A stretch of DNA of 64,000 nt. It comes from SAR202 cluster bacterium (GTDB lineage: Bacteria; Chloroflexota; Dehalococcoidia; Lucifugimonadales; UBA3495). The stretch is taken from NCBI GenBank assembly GCA_016872385.1, contig VGZV01000006.1:768-64767 (forward strand), read 5' to 3'. Made by a program: the position numbers and the translations under genes. The notes under the pieces are model-generated. The model was not told where the DNA came from. It worked only from the letters and a program-made list of their open reading frames with translations, and searched no databases. Positions 37,362 through 45,238 of this stretch are shown piece after piece; the stretch's first letter is position 1, and every line of letters begins with the position of its first letter.

Positions 37362-37491
37362 AGATACTAGCTCCGCTGGAAGTCCTCGTATTGTACAGCA
37401 GGCATCGCTGTCACAGGGCCCTTAACTGACCCATAGAACGCGCAGTTTTGGCCTGGGAGCACTTCCAGGGATAATGAAGGAGCATTCGCTC

Positions 37492-38775
37492 CTACTCCCT
37501 CCTGCTAATGCTCTCCAGCACCTGGAAGTACTCGGGGAAGGTCTTGGAGACGCAGCCGGGGTCGTTGATGGTGATGGGCGCTCCCCCCAGGGCGGCCAGG
37601 GAGAAGCACATGGCCATGCGGTGGTCGTTGTAGGTGTCAATGGCGGCGGGCTTTAACCGGCGCGGCGGAGTAATCTCCAGGTAGTCCTTACCCTCGGTCA
37701 CGGTGGCCCCCAGCTTGCGCAGCTCCGTGGACATAGCTGCCAGCCGGTCCGTCTCCTTGACCCGCCAGTTCCCCACGTTGCGAATCACCGTCTTGCCCTT
37801 GGCGAACAGCGCCGTGGCCGCCACCGTCATAGCGGCGTCGGGGATGTGGTTCAGGTCCAGGTCCACGCCGTGCAGGTCGCCCTGGCGCACCTCAATCCAG
37901 TCTGAGCCCCGCCGCACCTTGGCCCCCATCTGCTCCAGCACATCGGCCAGCCGCACGTCCCCCTGTACGCTGTCGGCGCCCACGCCGTTGACTCGCACCG
38001 GCCCGCCGCTAATGGCTGCCGCCGCCAGGAAGTAGGTGGCGGAGGAGGCATCGCCCTCCACCAGGGCGCGGCCGGGAGAGATGTAACCCTGGCCGCTGGG
38101 CACCCGGAACCATTCCCAGCCCGACTGTTCCACCGGCACGCCAAAGCGTTTCATGGTGTCAATGGTCATGGCGATGTAAGGCTTGGACACCAGGTCGCCC
38201 TCCACCCGAATCAGCAGGTCTTGCCGCCCCAGGGGCGAGGCCAGCAGCAGCGCGGTGAGGTACTGGCTGGACACGTTGCCCCGGATGGAGACCTCGCCGC
38301 CGCTTAAACCCGAAGCGTGAATGCGCAAAGGAAGGCAGCCGTCCTGCCCCAGATACTCAATGCGCGCCCCCAGGGGGATGAGGACGTCCACCAGGTCCCT
38401 GATGGGCCGCTGGTGCATGCGTGGCTCGCCGGACAGGGTGTAAGTGCCCTGGCCCAGGCACAGGGCGGCGCACAGGGGCCGCACGGCGGTGCCGGCGTTG
38501 CCCAGGAACAGGTCCGCCTCCCGCACCTGGAAAGGCCCGCCCTGGCCTTCCACCCGGCAGCGGGTCTTGTCTTCTGAGAGTTCAAGGCGCACGCCCAGTT
38601 TTTCCAGGGCCGCCACCATATGGCGGGTGTCATCGCTGTCCAGCAGATTGTAGACCTCGGTGCTGCCCTGGGCCAGGGCAGACAGCAACAGGATGCGGTT
38701 GGACAGGCTTTTGGAGCCGGGCAGGGAAACCTGGCCCTCCACGCGCGCAATGGGCTGCAACGTCAGCTGTTCCAT
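37492..38775 (-). CDS. aroA: 3-phosphoshikimate 1-carboxyvinyltransferase (EPSP synthase)
   Basis: 427 aa with [21 protein letters not shown] and NDHRMAM motifs. Confidence 0.95.
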   Translation of the reverse strand: MEQLTLQPIARVEGQVSLPGSKSLSNRILLLSALAQGSTEVYNLLDSDDTRHMVAALEKLGVRLELSEDKTRCRVEGQGGPFQVREADLFLGNAGTAVRPLCAALCLGQGTYTLSGEPRMHQRPIRDLVDVLIPLGARIEYLGQDGCLPLRIHASGLSGGEVSIRGNVSSQYLTALLLASPLGRQDLLIRVEGDLVSKPYIAMTIDTMKRFGVPVEQSGWEWFRVPSGQGYISPGRALVEGDASSATYFLAAAAISGGPVRVNGVGADSVQGDVRLADVLEQMGAKVRRGSDWIEVRQGDLHGVDLDLNHIPDAAMTVAATALFAKGKTVIRNVGNWRVKETDRLAAMSTELRKLGATVTEGKDYLEITPPRRLKPAAIDTYNDHRMAMCFSLAALGGAPITINDPGCVSKTFPEYFQVLESISRRE

Positions 38776-38857
38776 AAAACATTCCGTGTCCTATATACGA
38801 CATTAATCAGTTAACACGATTATAGGCTGGCCCCCATCGGCGGTCAAAAACCCCGGT

Positions 38858-38991
38858 AGTGTATCAATTAGCCCTTCGTCGTTCCGGCTTGCGCCGGAAC
38901 CCAGTGGTGCGTATCAGCCATGTCCCTATCTGGGCATCCCGACTTGTCGGGGTGCGACCAGTTGAGTCCTTAAGCAAACTGAGACACTACT
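38858..38991 (-). mobile_element. MITE-like element family F, copy 2 (134 bp, inverted relative to copy 1)
   Basis: Flanked by identical 11-bp AAAACCCCGGT at 38847-38857 and 38992-39002. Same internal hairpins as copy 1. Confidence 0.75.
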
Positions 38992-39006
38992 AAAACCCCG
39001 GTTTGG

Positions 39007-39035
39007 TTGACATCCAAAGGGTGCTGGGCTATATT
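39007..39035 (+). promoter_or_regulatory. Sigma-70-like promoter (TTGACA-17 nt-TATATT) driving the cobalamin riboswitch and cbi operon
   Basis: Near-consensus hexamers at 39007-39012 and 39030-39035, about 60 nt upstream of the riboswitch core. Confidence 0.6.
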
Positions 39036-39094
39036 ACCGTCAGTCAAGGGCTGGACTTGCAGGGCGTTGGCCCGTTGTTAACAATCTAGCGACA

Positions 39095-39275
39095 CCCGCG
39101 GCGCCCAGGGGCTGAATAGGGAAGACGGTGCGAGTCCGTCACGGTTGCGCCACTGTGTGCGGGGAGTTGGCCGAATACAACGCCACTGTCCCCCCCCCAA
39201 TGTTGACGGGGCCAGGATGGGAAGGCATCGGCCCAGCGATGATCCGCAAGTCAGGAGACCTGCCCGGGTTGATGG
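39095..39275 (+). promoter_or_regulatory. Cobalamin (B12) riboswitch
   Basis: Conserved core AATAGGGAAGACGGTGCGAGTCCGTCACGGTTGCGCCACTGT, B12 box GCCACTG...GGGAAGGC and AAGTCAGGAGACCTGCC. Lies upstream of cobalamin biosynthesis genes. Confidence 0.85.
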
Positions 39276-39360
39276 GACCACTCCTCTGCGCCCAACAGAG
39301 TTGGTCTTGTAGCATCCTGGCATAGGCCTCCGGCCCATGACAAGATATCTGCTATGCGCT

Positions 39361-39392
39361 CCCCTGGCCGCAATTGGGCCAGGGGATTTTTA
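39361..39392 (+). terminator. Intrinsic terminator (probable riboswitch expression platform)
   Basis: CCCCTGGCC-7 nt loop-GGCCAGGGG followed by ATTTTTA. Confidence 0.6.
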
Positions 39393-39416
39393 GTTGGGGA
39401 GAATTTTGGGCGTTTT

Positions 39417-39502
39417 GCCCCCCACCCTGCCCTCCCCCTTGTTAAGGGGGATACAACTAAGATCCTTCCCTCTTACTAAGGGGGAAGGTGGGGATGGGGG
39501 TC
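39417..39502. repeat. GC-hairpin repeat family A
   Basis: GCCCCCCACCC...GGTGGGGATGGGGGTC ends enclosing CCCTCCCCCTTGTTAAGGGGGA and CCTTCCCTCTTACTAAGGGGGAAGG. Confidence 0.7.
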
Positions 39503-39536
39503 AACTCGCCGAGAGTCTAAAGCTGGTGCAAGGACC

Positions 39537-40187
39537 ATGTCCCTGGTTCAAAAATACGCCCTCCTCCCGGACGAGATTGACCGGCAGAGCCTCCAGATGG
39601 TGGAGGCCAGCTTGCCGTCGTCCCTGGGATTTGCCCACCGCGAGCATTACGTGGTATGCCGCATTGTGCGGGCCGAGGGCGATCCGGACATCGCAACATC
39701 GGTGCGGTTCAGCCCCGGCGCAGTGGCAAAGGGACTGGCGGCGCTGGCTGCCAGGGCGCCGGTGCTCACCGATGTGCGCATGGTGGAGGCGGGCATCTCC
39801 CGCGCCTTGCTCCAGCGACATGGCATCGCCACGCGCTGCCTGATAGACGCCCCCCAGGTGGCCGAGCGCGCCCGCCGGGAAGGCACCACCCGCTCAGTGG
39901 CGGCGCTGCGCGAACTGCAACCCCAACTGAACGGTGCGGTGGTGGCCATCGGCAACGCACCTACCGCGCTGCTGGCCCTGCTGGACATGGTGGACGCTGG
40001 AGAGGCTTTGCCAGCCCTGATTATCGGGATGCCCGTGGGTTTTGTGGCTTGTCCTGAGTCCAAGGAAGAGCTGATGCGCCGCCAAACACCCTACATCAGT
40101 ATTCAGGGACGCCGCGGGGGCAGTTCCGCCGCCGCCGCCACCGTGAACGCTCTGCTGGACTTGCTGAGCGGGCAGGGGGACAAATGA
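39537..40187 (+). CDS. cbiC: Precorrin-8X / cobalt-precorrin-8 methylmutase
   Basis: 216 aa with the AIGNAPTALLALLDMV motif of CbiC/CobH. Confidence 0.9.
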   Translation: MSLVQKYALLPDEIDRQSLQMVEASLPSSLGFAHREHYVVCRIVRAEGDPDIATSVRFSPGAVAKGLAALAARAPVLTDVRMVEAGISRALLQRHGIATRCLIDAPQVAERARREGTTRSVAALRELQPQLNGAVVAIGNAPTALLALLDMVDAGEALPALIIGMPVGFVACPESKEELMRRQTPYISIQGRRGGSSAAAATVNALLDLLSGQGDK

Positions 40188-40202
40188 CTACAAGATCTTC
40201 CC

Positions 40203-40347
40203 AAATCCCCCCAGTCCCCCCTTTGGCAAAGGGGGGAAATAGAAACCCGTCCACTCCACAAGGGGGGGGACTTTGCCAGTCTCCCCATGCACAAAGGGGA
40301 GAGCCTATCCAATCCCCCCTTTCGCAAAGGGGAGTGAGGGGGGATTT
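40203..40347. repeat. Tandem family B GC-hairpin repeats between cbiC and the conserved part of cbiX
   Basis: AAATCCCCCC...GGGGGGATTT ends enclosing CCCCCCTTTGGCAAAGGGGGG, CTCCCCATGCACAAAGGGGAG and CCCCCCTTTCGCAAAGGGGAG. Confidence 0.75.
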
Positions 40348-40360
40348 ATGGGGCGTAATC

Positions 40361-41206
40361 ATGCTCTGCCACGGCAGCCAGCGGGGGGCCAGCCGGGCCG
40401 AATGCTCCTGCGCCTGGCAAAACACTGGCGCTGCATCCCCGGCCTGGTGCCGCCAGTGCCCCAGCACCCCCGTGGGGCTCCAAGAGGCCGCCCAACTCTT
40501 GCAGAAAAATCTGAGTCCTGCCCGTGCCCAGGTAATGCTGTCCTGCCTGGAGTTCATCCCGCCCCATCCGCCGCAGGCGGTGGGGCTGCTGGCCCAGCAA
40601 GGCCTGAAGCGCATCGTCATCATGCCCTACCTGTTGGGGCACGGCAAACACGCCACCCTCGAGCTTCAGGAGGTGCTGGAAGAACTGCGCCGGGCCAACC
40701 CCCAGGTCGCCATCCACCTGGCCGAGGGCCTGGGGGCAGACCCTCGCATTGCGGACCTGGCGGCGGAACGGGTGCGCCAGTTGGAGGCCGTTGAGGGCCG
40801 CAGCAAGCGCCCGGCCGGCGTGCTGCTGGTGAAGGCGGGCACCAAGACCCAGTACGACGACTGCCTGTGGCTGGAACAGTTGGGGCAGATGGTGGAAAAG
40901 GCCCTGGGGGTAGGTTATGCTGTAGCAGTGGCCCAGTCCCACTACGGCGACCCCACCATGGAAGCGGCCACGGCCCGGCTGGTGGAGCAGCGCAAAGTTT
41001 CGTCCCTGATTTGCGTGCCTTACCTGCTCTTCCCTGGCCTGATATTACAGCGCAACGTGCTGGGCACCCTGGGTAAGTTGCAGCAGCAGTACCCCAACGT
41101 GCCCATGCAGGTGACGCCGCCCCTGGGCACCGATGAGCGACTGGTGGCGGTGGCCGCTGACCGTATTAAGGATGTGTGGCAGCGTGCGGAAGCAGGTGGA
41201 GCATAA
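40361..41206 (+). CDS. cbiX: Sirohydrochlorin cobaltochelatase, long two-domain CbiX type
   Basis: The conserved part begins MLCHGSQRG (the HGS motif). The second half has IVIMPYLLGHGKH. The ORF is also open in frame back to an ATG at 40184 that overlaps the cbiC stop (ATGA), so the start is ambiguous. Confidence 0.75.
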   Translation: MLCHGSQRGASRAECSCAWQNTGAASPAWCRQCPSTPVGLQEAAQLLQKNLSPARAQVMLSCLEFIPPHPPQAVGLLAQQGLKRIVIMPYLLGHGKHATLELQEVLEELRRANPQVAIHLAEGLGADPRIADLAAERVRQLEAVEGRSKRPAGVLLVKAGTKTQYDDCLWLEQLGQMVEKALGVGYAVAVAQSHYGDPTMEAATARLVEQRKVSSLICVPYLLFPGLILQRNVLGTLGKLQQQYPNVPMQVTPPLGTDERLVAVAADRIKDVWQRAEAGGA

Positions 41207-41208
41207 TT

Positions 41209-41290
41209 TCCCCCTCTCCCTCAGATGGGAGAGGGTTGGGGTGAGGGTGAATCTATCCCTCACCTCAGTCCTCTCCCACAAGGGGAGAGG
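41209..41290. repeat. GC-hairpin repeats (CTCTCCC...GGGAGAG / GGGTGAGGG...CCCTCACC type)
   Basis: CCCTCTCCCTCAGATGGGAGAGGG, GGGTGAGGGTGAATCTATCCCTCACC and CCTCTCCCACAAGGGGAGAGG hairpins. Confidence 0.7.
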
Positions 41291-41321
41291 ATGCCTCCAA
41301 ATTTGAGGCGTTTTGGTTGAA

Positions 41322-42524
41322 ATGCCAGAAGAACAAGACAAGCAGGACCTTCAGGAAAGCGACTACAGCCAGCCGACGGTGAAGCGCCGGGGGATGCGCA
41401 CCGGCTACACCACTGGCTCGTCCGCCGCCGCCGCCGCCAAGGGCGCCGCCCTGACGCTGCTCACCGGCCAGCCGGTGGCTGAAGTCACCATTCACCTGCC
41501 CGTGGGCCGGGACGCTGCCTTCAAGCTGCACCGCTGCCAGAAGCTGGAGGGCGGCAAAAAAGTGCTGGCCTCGGTTATCAAGGACGGCGGCGACGACCCG
41601 GACGCGACCCACGGCGCAGAAATTTGCGTCACGGTGTCGTTGGCCCCCGACGATCAGAAGGGCCTGAAAATCGTGGGCGGTCCCGGAGTGGGCATTGTCA
41701 CCCGCCCCGGCACCGGCATCCCGGTGGGTGAGCCTGCCGTAACGCGAGTGCCCCGGCGCATGATGACAGAGTCCTTGCAGGCTGCCGCCCGCAGCCAGGG
41801 CCTGCCCGAAGACACGGGATTCATCGCCGAAGTCTCCGTCACCAACGGCGAGGAAATTGCCAAAAAGACCACCAACTCTCGCCTGGGAGTATTGGGCGGC
41901 ATCTCAATTCTGGGCAGCACCGGCGTGGTGCAGCCCTTTTCCACCGCGGCCTGGCGGGCCAGCGTCCACCTGGCCATAGACGTGGCGGCGGCCAACGGTG
42001 TGAAACATATGGTGCTGTCCACCGGCACCCGCAGCGAGGAGTACGCCAAGGCCTGCCTGGACCTGCCCGACATGGCCTACGTGGACGTGGGCATCTTCAG
42101 CGGCCCGGCCCTCAAGCGGTGCGTCATGCGCGGCATACCCAGGGCCAGCCACGTGGGAATGGTGGGCAAGTTCTCCAAAATGGCTATGGGCTACTTTGTC
42201 ACCCACGTGGCGGGCAACAAAGTGGACGTGGGATTCCTGGCCGACCTGGCAGGCCGGTGCGGCGCTTCGGCCCAGGTGCAGGAAGAGATGCGCCAGGCGG
42301 CCAGTGGGCGTCACTTCCAGGAAATTGCCCAGGCCAACGGCCTGCTTTCGGTGTTCCCCTTGATGTGCCAGATGGTGTGCGCCGAAAGCCACAAGCTCCT
42401 GGGGCAGGATGCCAGCGCCCTGACTGTGGACGCCCTGTGCTTTGATTTTGACGGCGCCCTGCTGGGCCACGCCTCCACCTCGCCCCAGGGAGTGCCCCTG
42501 GTGGCAGGCGCCGGACGGCGGTAG
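41322..42524 (+). CDS. cbiD: Cobalt-precorrin-5B (C1)-methyltransferase
   Basis: RRGMRTGYTTGSSAAAAAKGA N-terminal signature of CbiD. ATG at 41322 (the ORF opens at a TTG at 41313). Confidence 0.9.
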   Translation: MPEEQDKQDLQESDYSQPTVKRRGMRTGYTTGSSAAAAAKGAALTLLTGQPVAEVTIHLPVGRDAAFKLHRCQKLEGGKKVLASVIKDGGDDPDATHGAEICVTVSLAPDDQKGLKIVGGPGVGIVTRPGTGIPVGEPAVTRVPRRMMTESLQAAARSQGLPEDTGFIAEVSVTNGEEIAKKTTNSRLGVLGGISILGSTGVVQPFSTAAWRASVHLAIDVAAANGVKHMVLSTGTRSEEYAKACLDLPDMAYVDVGIFSGPALKRCVMRGIPRASHVGMVGKFSKMAMGYFVTHVAGNKVDVGFLADLAGRCGASAQVQEEMRQAASGRHFQEIAQANGLLSVFPLMCQMVCAESHKLLGQDASALTVDALCFDFDGALLGHASTSPQGVPLVAGAGRR

Positions 42525-42533
42525 AAGCGCCAG

Positions 42534-43250
42534 ATGGACAACTTGTGCGAGGGGGCCAGGGTTTCTCAAGCGCACCCCCACCCTAGCCCTCCCCCTAATT
42601 TAGGGGGAGGGAATGGAGTCCCTTCCCCATGCCAAGGGGAAGGGCAGGATGGGGGTCCCCCAACCCGCGCCCTGGGCCTGCCCGACGACGCCTTTGAGCA
42701 GCGCCGCCCCCTGCGGGGCCAGATTACCAAGCGGGAGGTGCGGGCAGTCAGCCTATACTCCCTGGGCCTGCGCCCCGGCAGCGTGGTCTGGGACATTGGC
42801 GCGGGCACCGGCTCGGTAGCCCTGGAGGCAGCGGTCATCGCGTGCCAAGGAAAGGTCTTCGCCATTGAGCGGGACCCGGAAAGCCTGCCCTTGCTGGAGC
42901 GCAACGTAGCCCGCTACAGCCCCGGCAACGTGACAGTGGTCCCAGGGGAAGCCCCGGCGGCCCTGGCCGGACTGCCGGACCCAGACTCGGCATTTATTGG
43001 CGGCAGCGGCGGCAAACTGGCGGAGCTGCTGGCGGCGGTGGCTCAGCGGCTGAAGCCCCAGGGCAGGGTAGTGGTCAACCTGGCAGCCCTGGAGCGGGCG
43101 CAGGAGGCATACCACTGCCTGAAGGAACTGGGGCTGGCTACGGAACTGGTGATGGTGCACTCCGCCCGGGGCAAGGAGATGCCCGACGGGGCGGTGCGGC
43201 TGGAGTCCCTGAATCCGGTATTTGTGGTGACGGGCTGGCGAAGAGAGTGA
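42534..43250 (+). CDS. cbiT: Cobalt-precorrin-6B (C15)-methyltransferase, decarboxylating
   Basis: ITKREVRAVSLYSLGLRPGSVVWDIGAGTGSVALEAA SAM-binding region. The first ~45 codons are family A repeat DNA (42573-42656), so the true start is uncertain. Confidence 0.8.
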   Translation: MDNLCEGARVSQAHPHPSPPPNLGGGNGVPSPCQGEGQDGGPPTRALGLPDDAFEQRRPLRGQITKREVRAVSLYSLGLRPGSVVWDIGAGTGSVALEAAVIACQGKVFAIERDPESLPLLERNVARYSPGNVTVVPGEAPAALAGLPDPDSAFIGGSGGKLAELLAAVAQRLKPQGRVVVNLAALERAQEAYHCLKELGLATELVMVHSARGKEMPDGAVRLESLNPVFVVTGWRRE

Positions 43251-43325
43251 GCAGATAAAGCTAACCCGCCCATCCCCGGACAAGCTCCGGATGAGTGGTA
43301 TATGGGCTCAAGTATCAAGAACAGG

Positions 43326-43458
43326 AGTGTATCAGTTTACCCCAGGACTCGACTCGTCGCACCCCGACAAGTCGGGGTGGCCAGATACTTACATGGATAT
43401 GTATTCCACTGGATTCCGGCTTCCGCCGGAATGACTAAAGGCTAATTGATACATTACG
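43326..43458 (+). mobile_element. MITE-like element family F, copy 3
   Basis: Near-identical to copy 1 (AGTGTATCAGTTTACCCC...GGCTAATTGATACATTACG). Flanks are only partly duplicated (CAAGAACA / CAAAAACA). Confidence 0.65.
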
Positions 43459-43527
43459 CAAAAACACTGGTATTAGCTTTGTTCAGGAATCAGCAGGTGT
43501 TTCAAGTCACGTTGCAGGAATAGCCCA

Positions 43528-44259
43528 ATGACTAGCAGTCAGTCCTCAACCTCCAATGGTTGTCTCTACGGCGTAGGCGTCGGCCCCGGCGACCCGGAGC
43601 TGTTGACCCTTAAAGCGCTGCACCTCCTCCAGCGGGTGCCGGTTATCTGCGTGCCCCAGTCGGAGACCAGCCGGGACAGCTATGCCCTGAGCATTGTGCG
43701 GGGCTTCCTGGACCTGGGCCGCCAGGAAATCTTGCGGGTAACTTTCCCCACTGACGACGCCGAGGGCGCTGCCCGCTCCTGGCGGGACGCGGCAGAAGTG
43801 CTGGCGGGACGGCTCCAGCAAGGCCAGGATGTGGCCTTCATCACCGAAGGCGACCCCATGCTTTTCAGCACCTTCTCCTACGTGCTGGAGAGTATTCGCA
43901 CCAACCACCCCCAGATACCTGTGGAAATCATTCCCGGCGTGTCTTCGGTAATGGCCGCGGCGGCCAGCGCCGGAGTGCCTCTGGTCACCCACGGCCAGCG
44001 CCTGGCTATCCTGCCCGCGGTGTATGGCATTGACGACCTGCGGGAGGCCATTGCCAGCTACGACACCATCGTGCTGATGAAGGTAAACCGCACCCTGCTG
44101 CAAGCCCTGGCCAGCCTGGAGCGGCTGGGACTGGCGGGCAAGGGCATCTACGTGCGGCGGGCCAGCACGGCCAGGGAGCGGGTGGTGCGTGATCTGACCC
44201 AGTTAACGGAAGAAGACCTGGACTATTTCTCCCTACTGATAATCCGGAAAGGTGAATAA
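43528..44259 (+). CDS. cbiL: Precorrin-2 / cobalt-factor II C20-methyltransferase
   Basis: LYGVGVGPGDPELLTLKA TP-methylase N-terminus, size and operon context. Confidence 0.88.
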   Translation: MTSSQSSTSNGCLYGVGVGPGDPELLTLKALHLLQRVPVICVPQSETSRDSYALSIVRGFLDLGRQEILRVTFPTDDAEGAARSWRDAAEVLAGRLQQGQDVAFITEGDPMLFSTFSYVLESIRTNHPQIPVEIIPGVSSVMAAAASAGVPLVTHGQRLAILPAVYGIDDLREAIASYDTIVLMKVNRTLLQALASLERLGLAGKGIYVRRASTARERVVRDLTQLTEEDLDYFSLLIIRKGE

Positions 44260-45116
44260 TGGCTAGCGGCAAAGTTTATTTCATCGGCGGCGGCCCCGGC
44301 GACCCGGAACTACTGACCCTCAAAGCCAAGCGGCTCATGGAGACGGCGGACATGGTGATTTACGCCGACTCCCTGGTGCATCCCTCTATTGTGGAGTTCG
44401 CGCGTCCCGGCGCGCAGGTCCACGGCAGCAAGACCTTGAACCTGGGCCAGATTATGGAACTGACCCTGCAGGCGGTGAAAGAGGGCAAGACCGTGGCCCG
44501 CATTCAGAGTGGAGACCCCTCCATTTACGGAGCCATGTTGGAGCAGATGCGGGTGCTGGAACGGGAAGGCGTGGACTACGAAATTATCCCCGGCGTCAGT
44601 TCGGCCTTCGCCGCCGCCGCCCGCCTCAAGGTGGAGCTGACGGTGCCAGAGGTTTCCCAGACCGTTATTTTGACCCGCGTGGAAGGCCGGGTGTCCATGC
44701 CCCCTGGCGAAGAACTATCGTCGCTGGCCTCCCACGGCAGCACCCTGGTGTTGTTCCTAAGCATCACCCGGATGCCCCGTATTGTGCGGGAACTGCGGGC
44801 TGCGGGTTATCCCAAGGATACCCCCGTAGCAGTGGCCTACCGGGTGGGCTGGCCGGACGAGCAGATTATCCGGGGCACCCTGGCGGACATCTCCCCCAAG
44901 GTGCGGGCGGCCAAGCTCACTCTCCAGGCGTTAATCCTGGTGGGCAAGGCCCTGGACCCGGCCCTGCGCCAGCCTGTCACATCTCTGGGCGAGGGTACTG
45001 AAGTCGCCACTTCCCACCTGTATTCCGAGACATACACCCACCGCTACCGGCTGGGCAAGGGGCGGAGCAGGGCTAAAAAGGAACCTGTACCCGCCGCCAG
45101 CAGGGATGGCGACTAA
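44259..45116 (+). CDS. cbiF: Precorrin-4 / cobalt-precorrin-4 C11-methyltransferase
   Basis: KVYFIGGGPGDPELLTLKAKRLMETADMVIYADSLV. ATGA-type overlap with cbiL. Confidence 0.88.
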   Translation: MASGKVYFIGGGPGDPELLTLKAKRLMETADMVIYADSLVHPSIVEFARPGAQVHGSKTLNLGQIMELTLQAVKEGKTVARIQSGDPSIYGAMLEQMRVLEREGVDYEIIPGVSSAFAAAARLKVELTVPEVSQTVILTRVEGRVSMPPGEELSSLASHGSTLVLFLSITRMPRIVRELRAAGYPKDTPVAVAYRVGWPDEQIIRGTLADISPKVRAAKLTLQALILVGKALDPALRQPVTSLGEGTEVATSHLYSETYTHRYRLGKGRSRAKKEPVPAASRDGD

Positions 45117-45134
45117 CCTGATTGTTCACACTTA

Positions 45135-45220
45135 CCCGCTCATGGTTCGACAAGCTCACCATGAGCGGGCCTGACCCCACGGCGCCACTGCCCTCGCCCT
45201 GAGCCTGTCGAAGCGCGGCC
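45135..45220. repeat. Palindromic repeat family C
   Basis: CCCGCTCATGGTTCGACAAGCTCACCATGAGCGGG plus a degenerate CCTGAGCCTGTCGAAGCG unit. Confidence 0.7.
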
Positions 45221-45238
45221 TCCAGGAGCACACTGCCC

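Noticed and set aside
37390-37420. Promoter for the ATPase/DUF4276 pair (minus strand GTGACA ... TACAAT).
   Set aside because: The spacer between the two hexamers is only 13 nt by my count, so it is not a credible sigma-70 promoter as written. Not reported as a feature.
35554-37491. Integrase, att sites, tRNA-adjacent integration or direct repeats delimiting the low-GC island.
   Set aside because: I looked at both junctions (35554-35610 and 37362-37491) and found no direct repeats, tRNA or recombinase gene. The only structure is a GGAGC-GAAT-GCTCC hairpin just downstream of aroA, which is more simply the aroA terminator. The island boundaries are therefore defined only by composition.
39400-42700. 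Possible CRISPR array suggested by the many short GC-rich palindromes recurring through the window.
   Set aside because: The repeats belong to several different families and vary in sequence. They are not regularly spaced by unique spacers, occur singly or in pairs at intergenic junctions or inside genes, and no cas genes are present.
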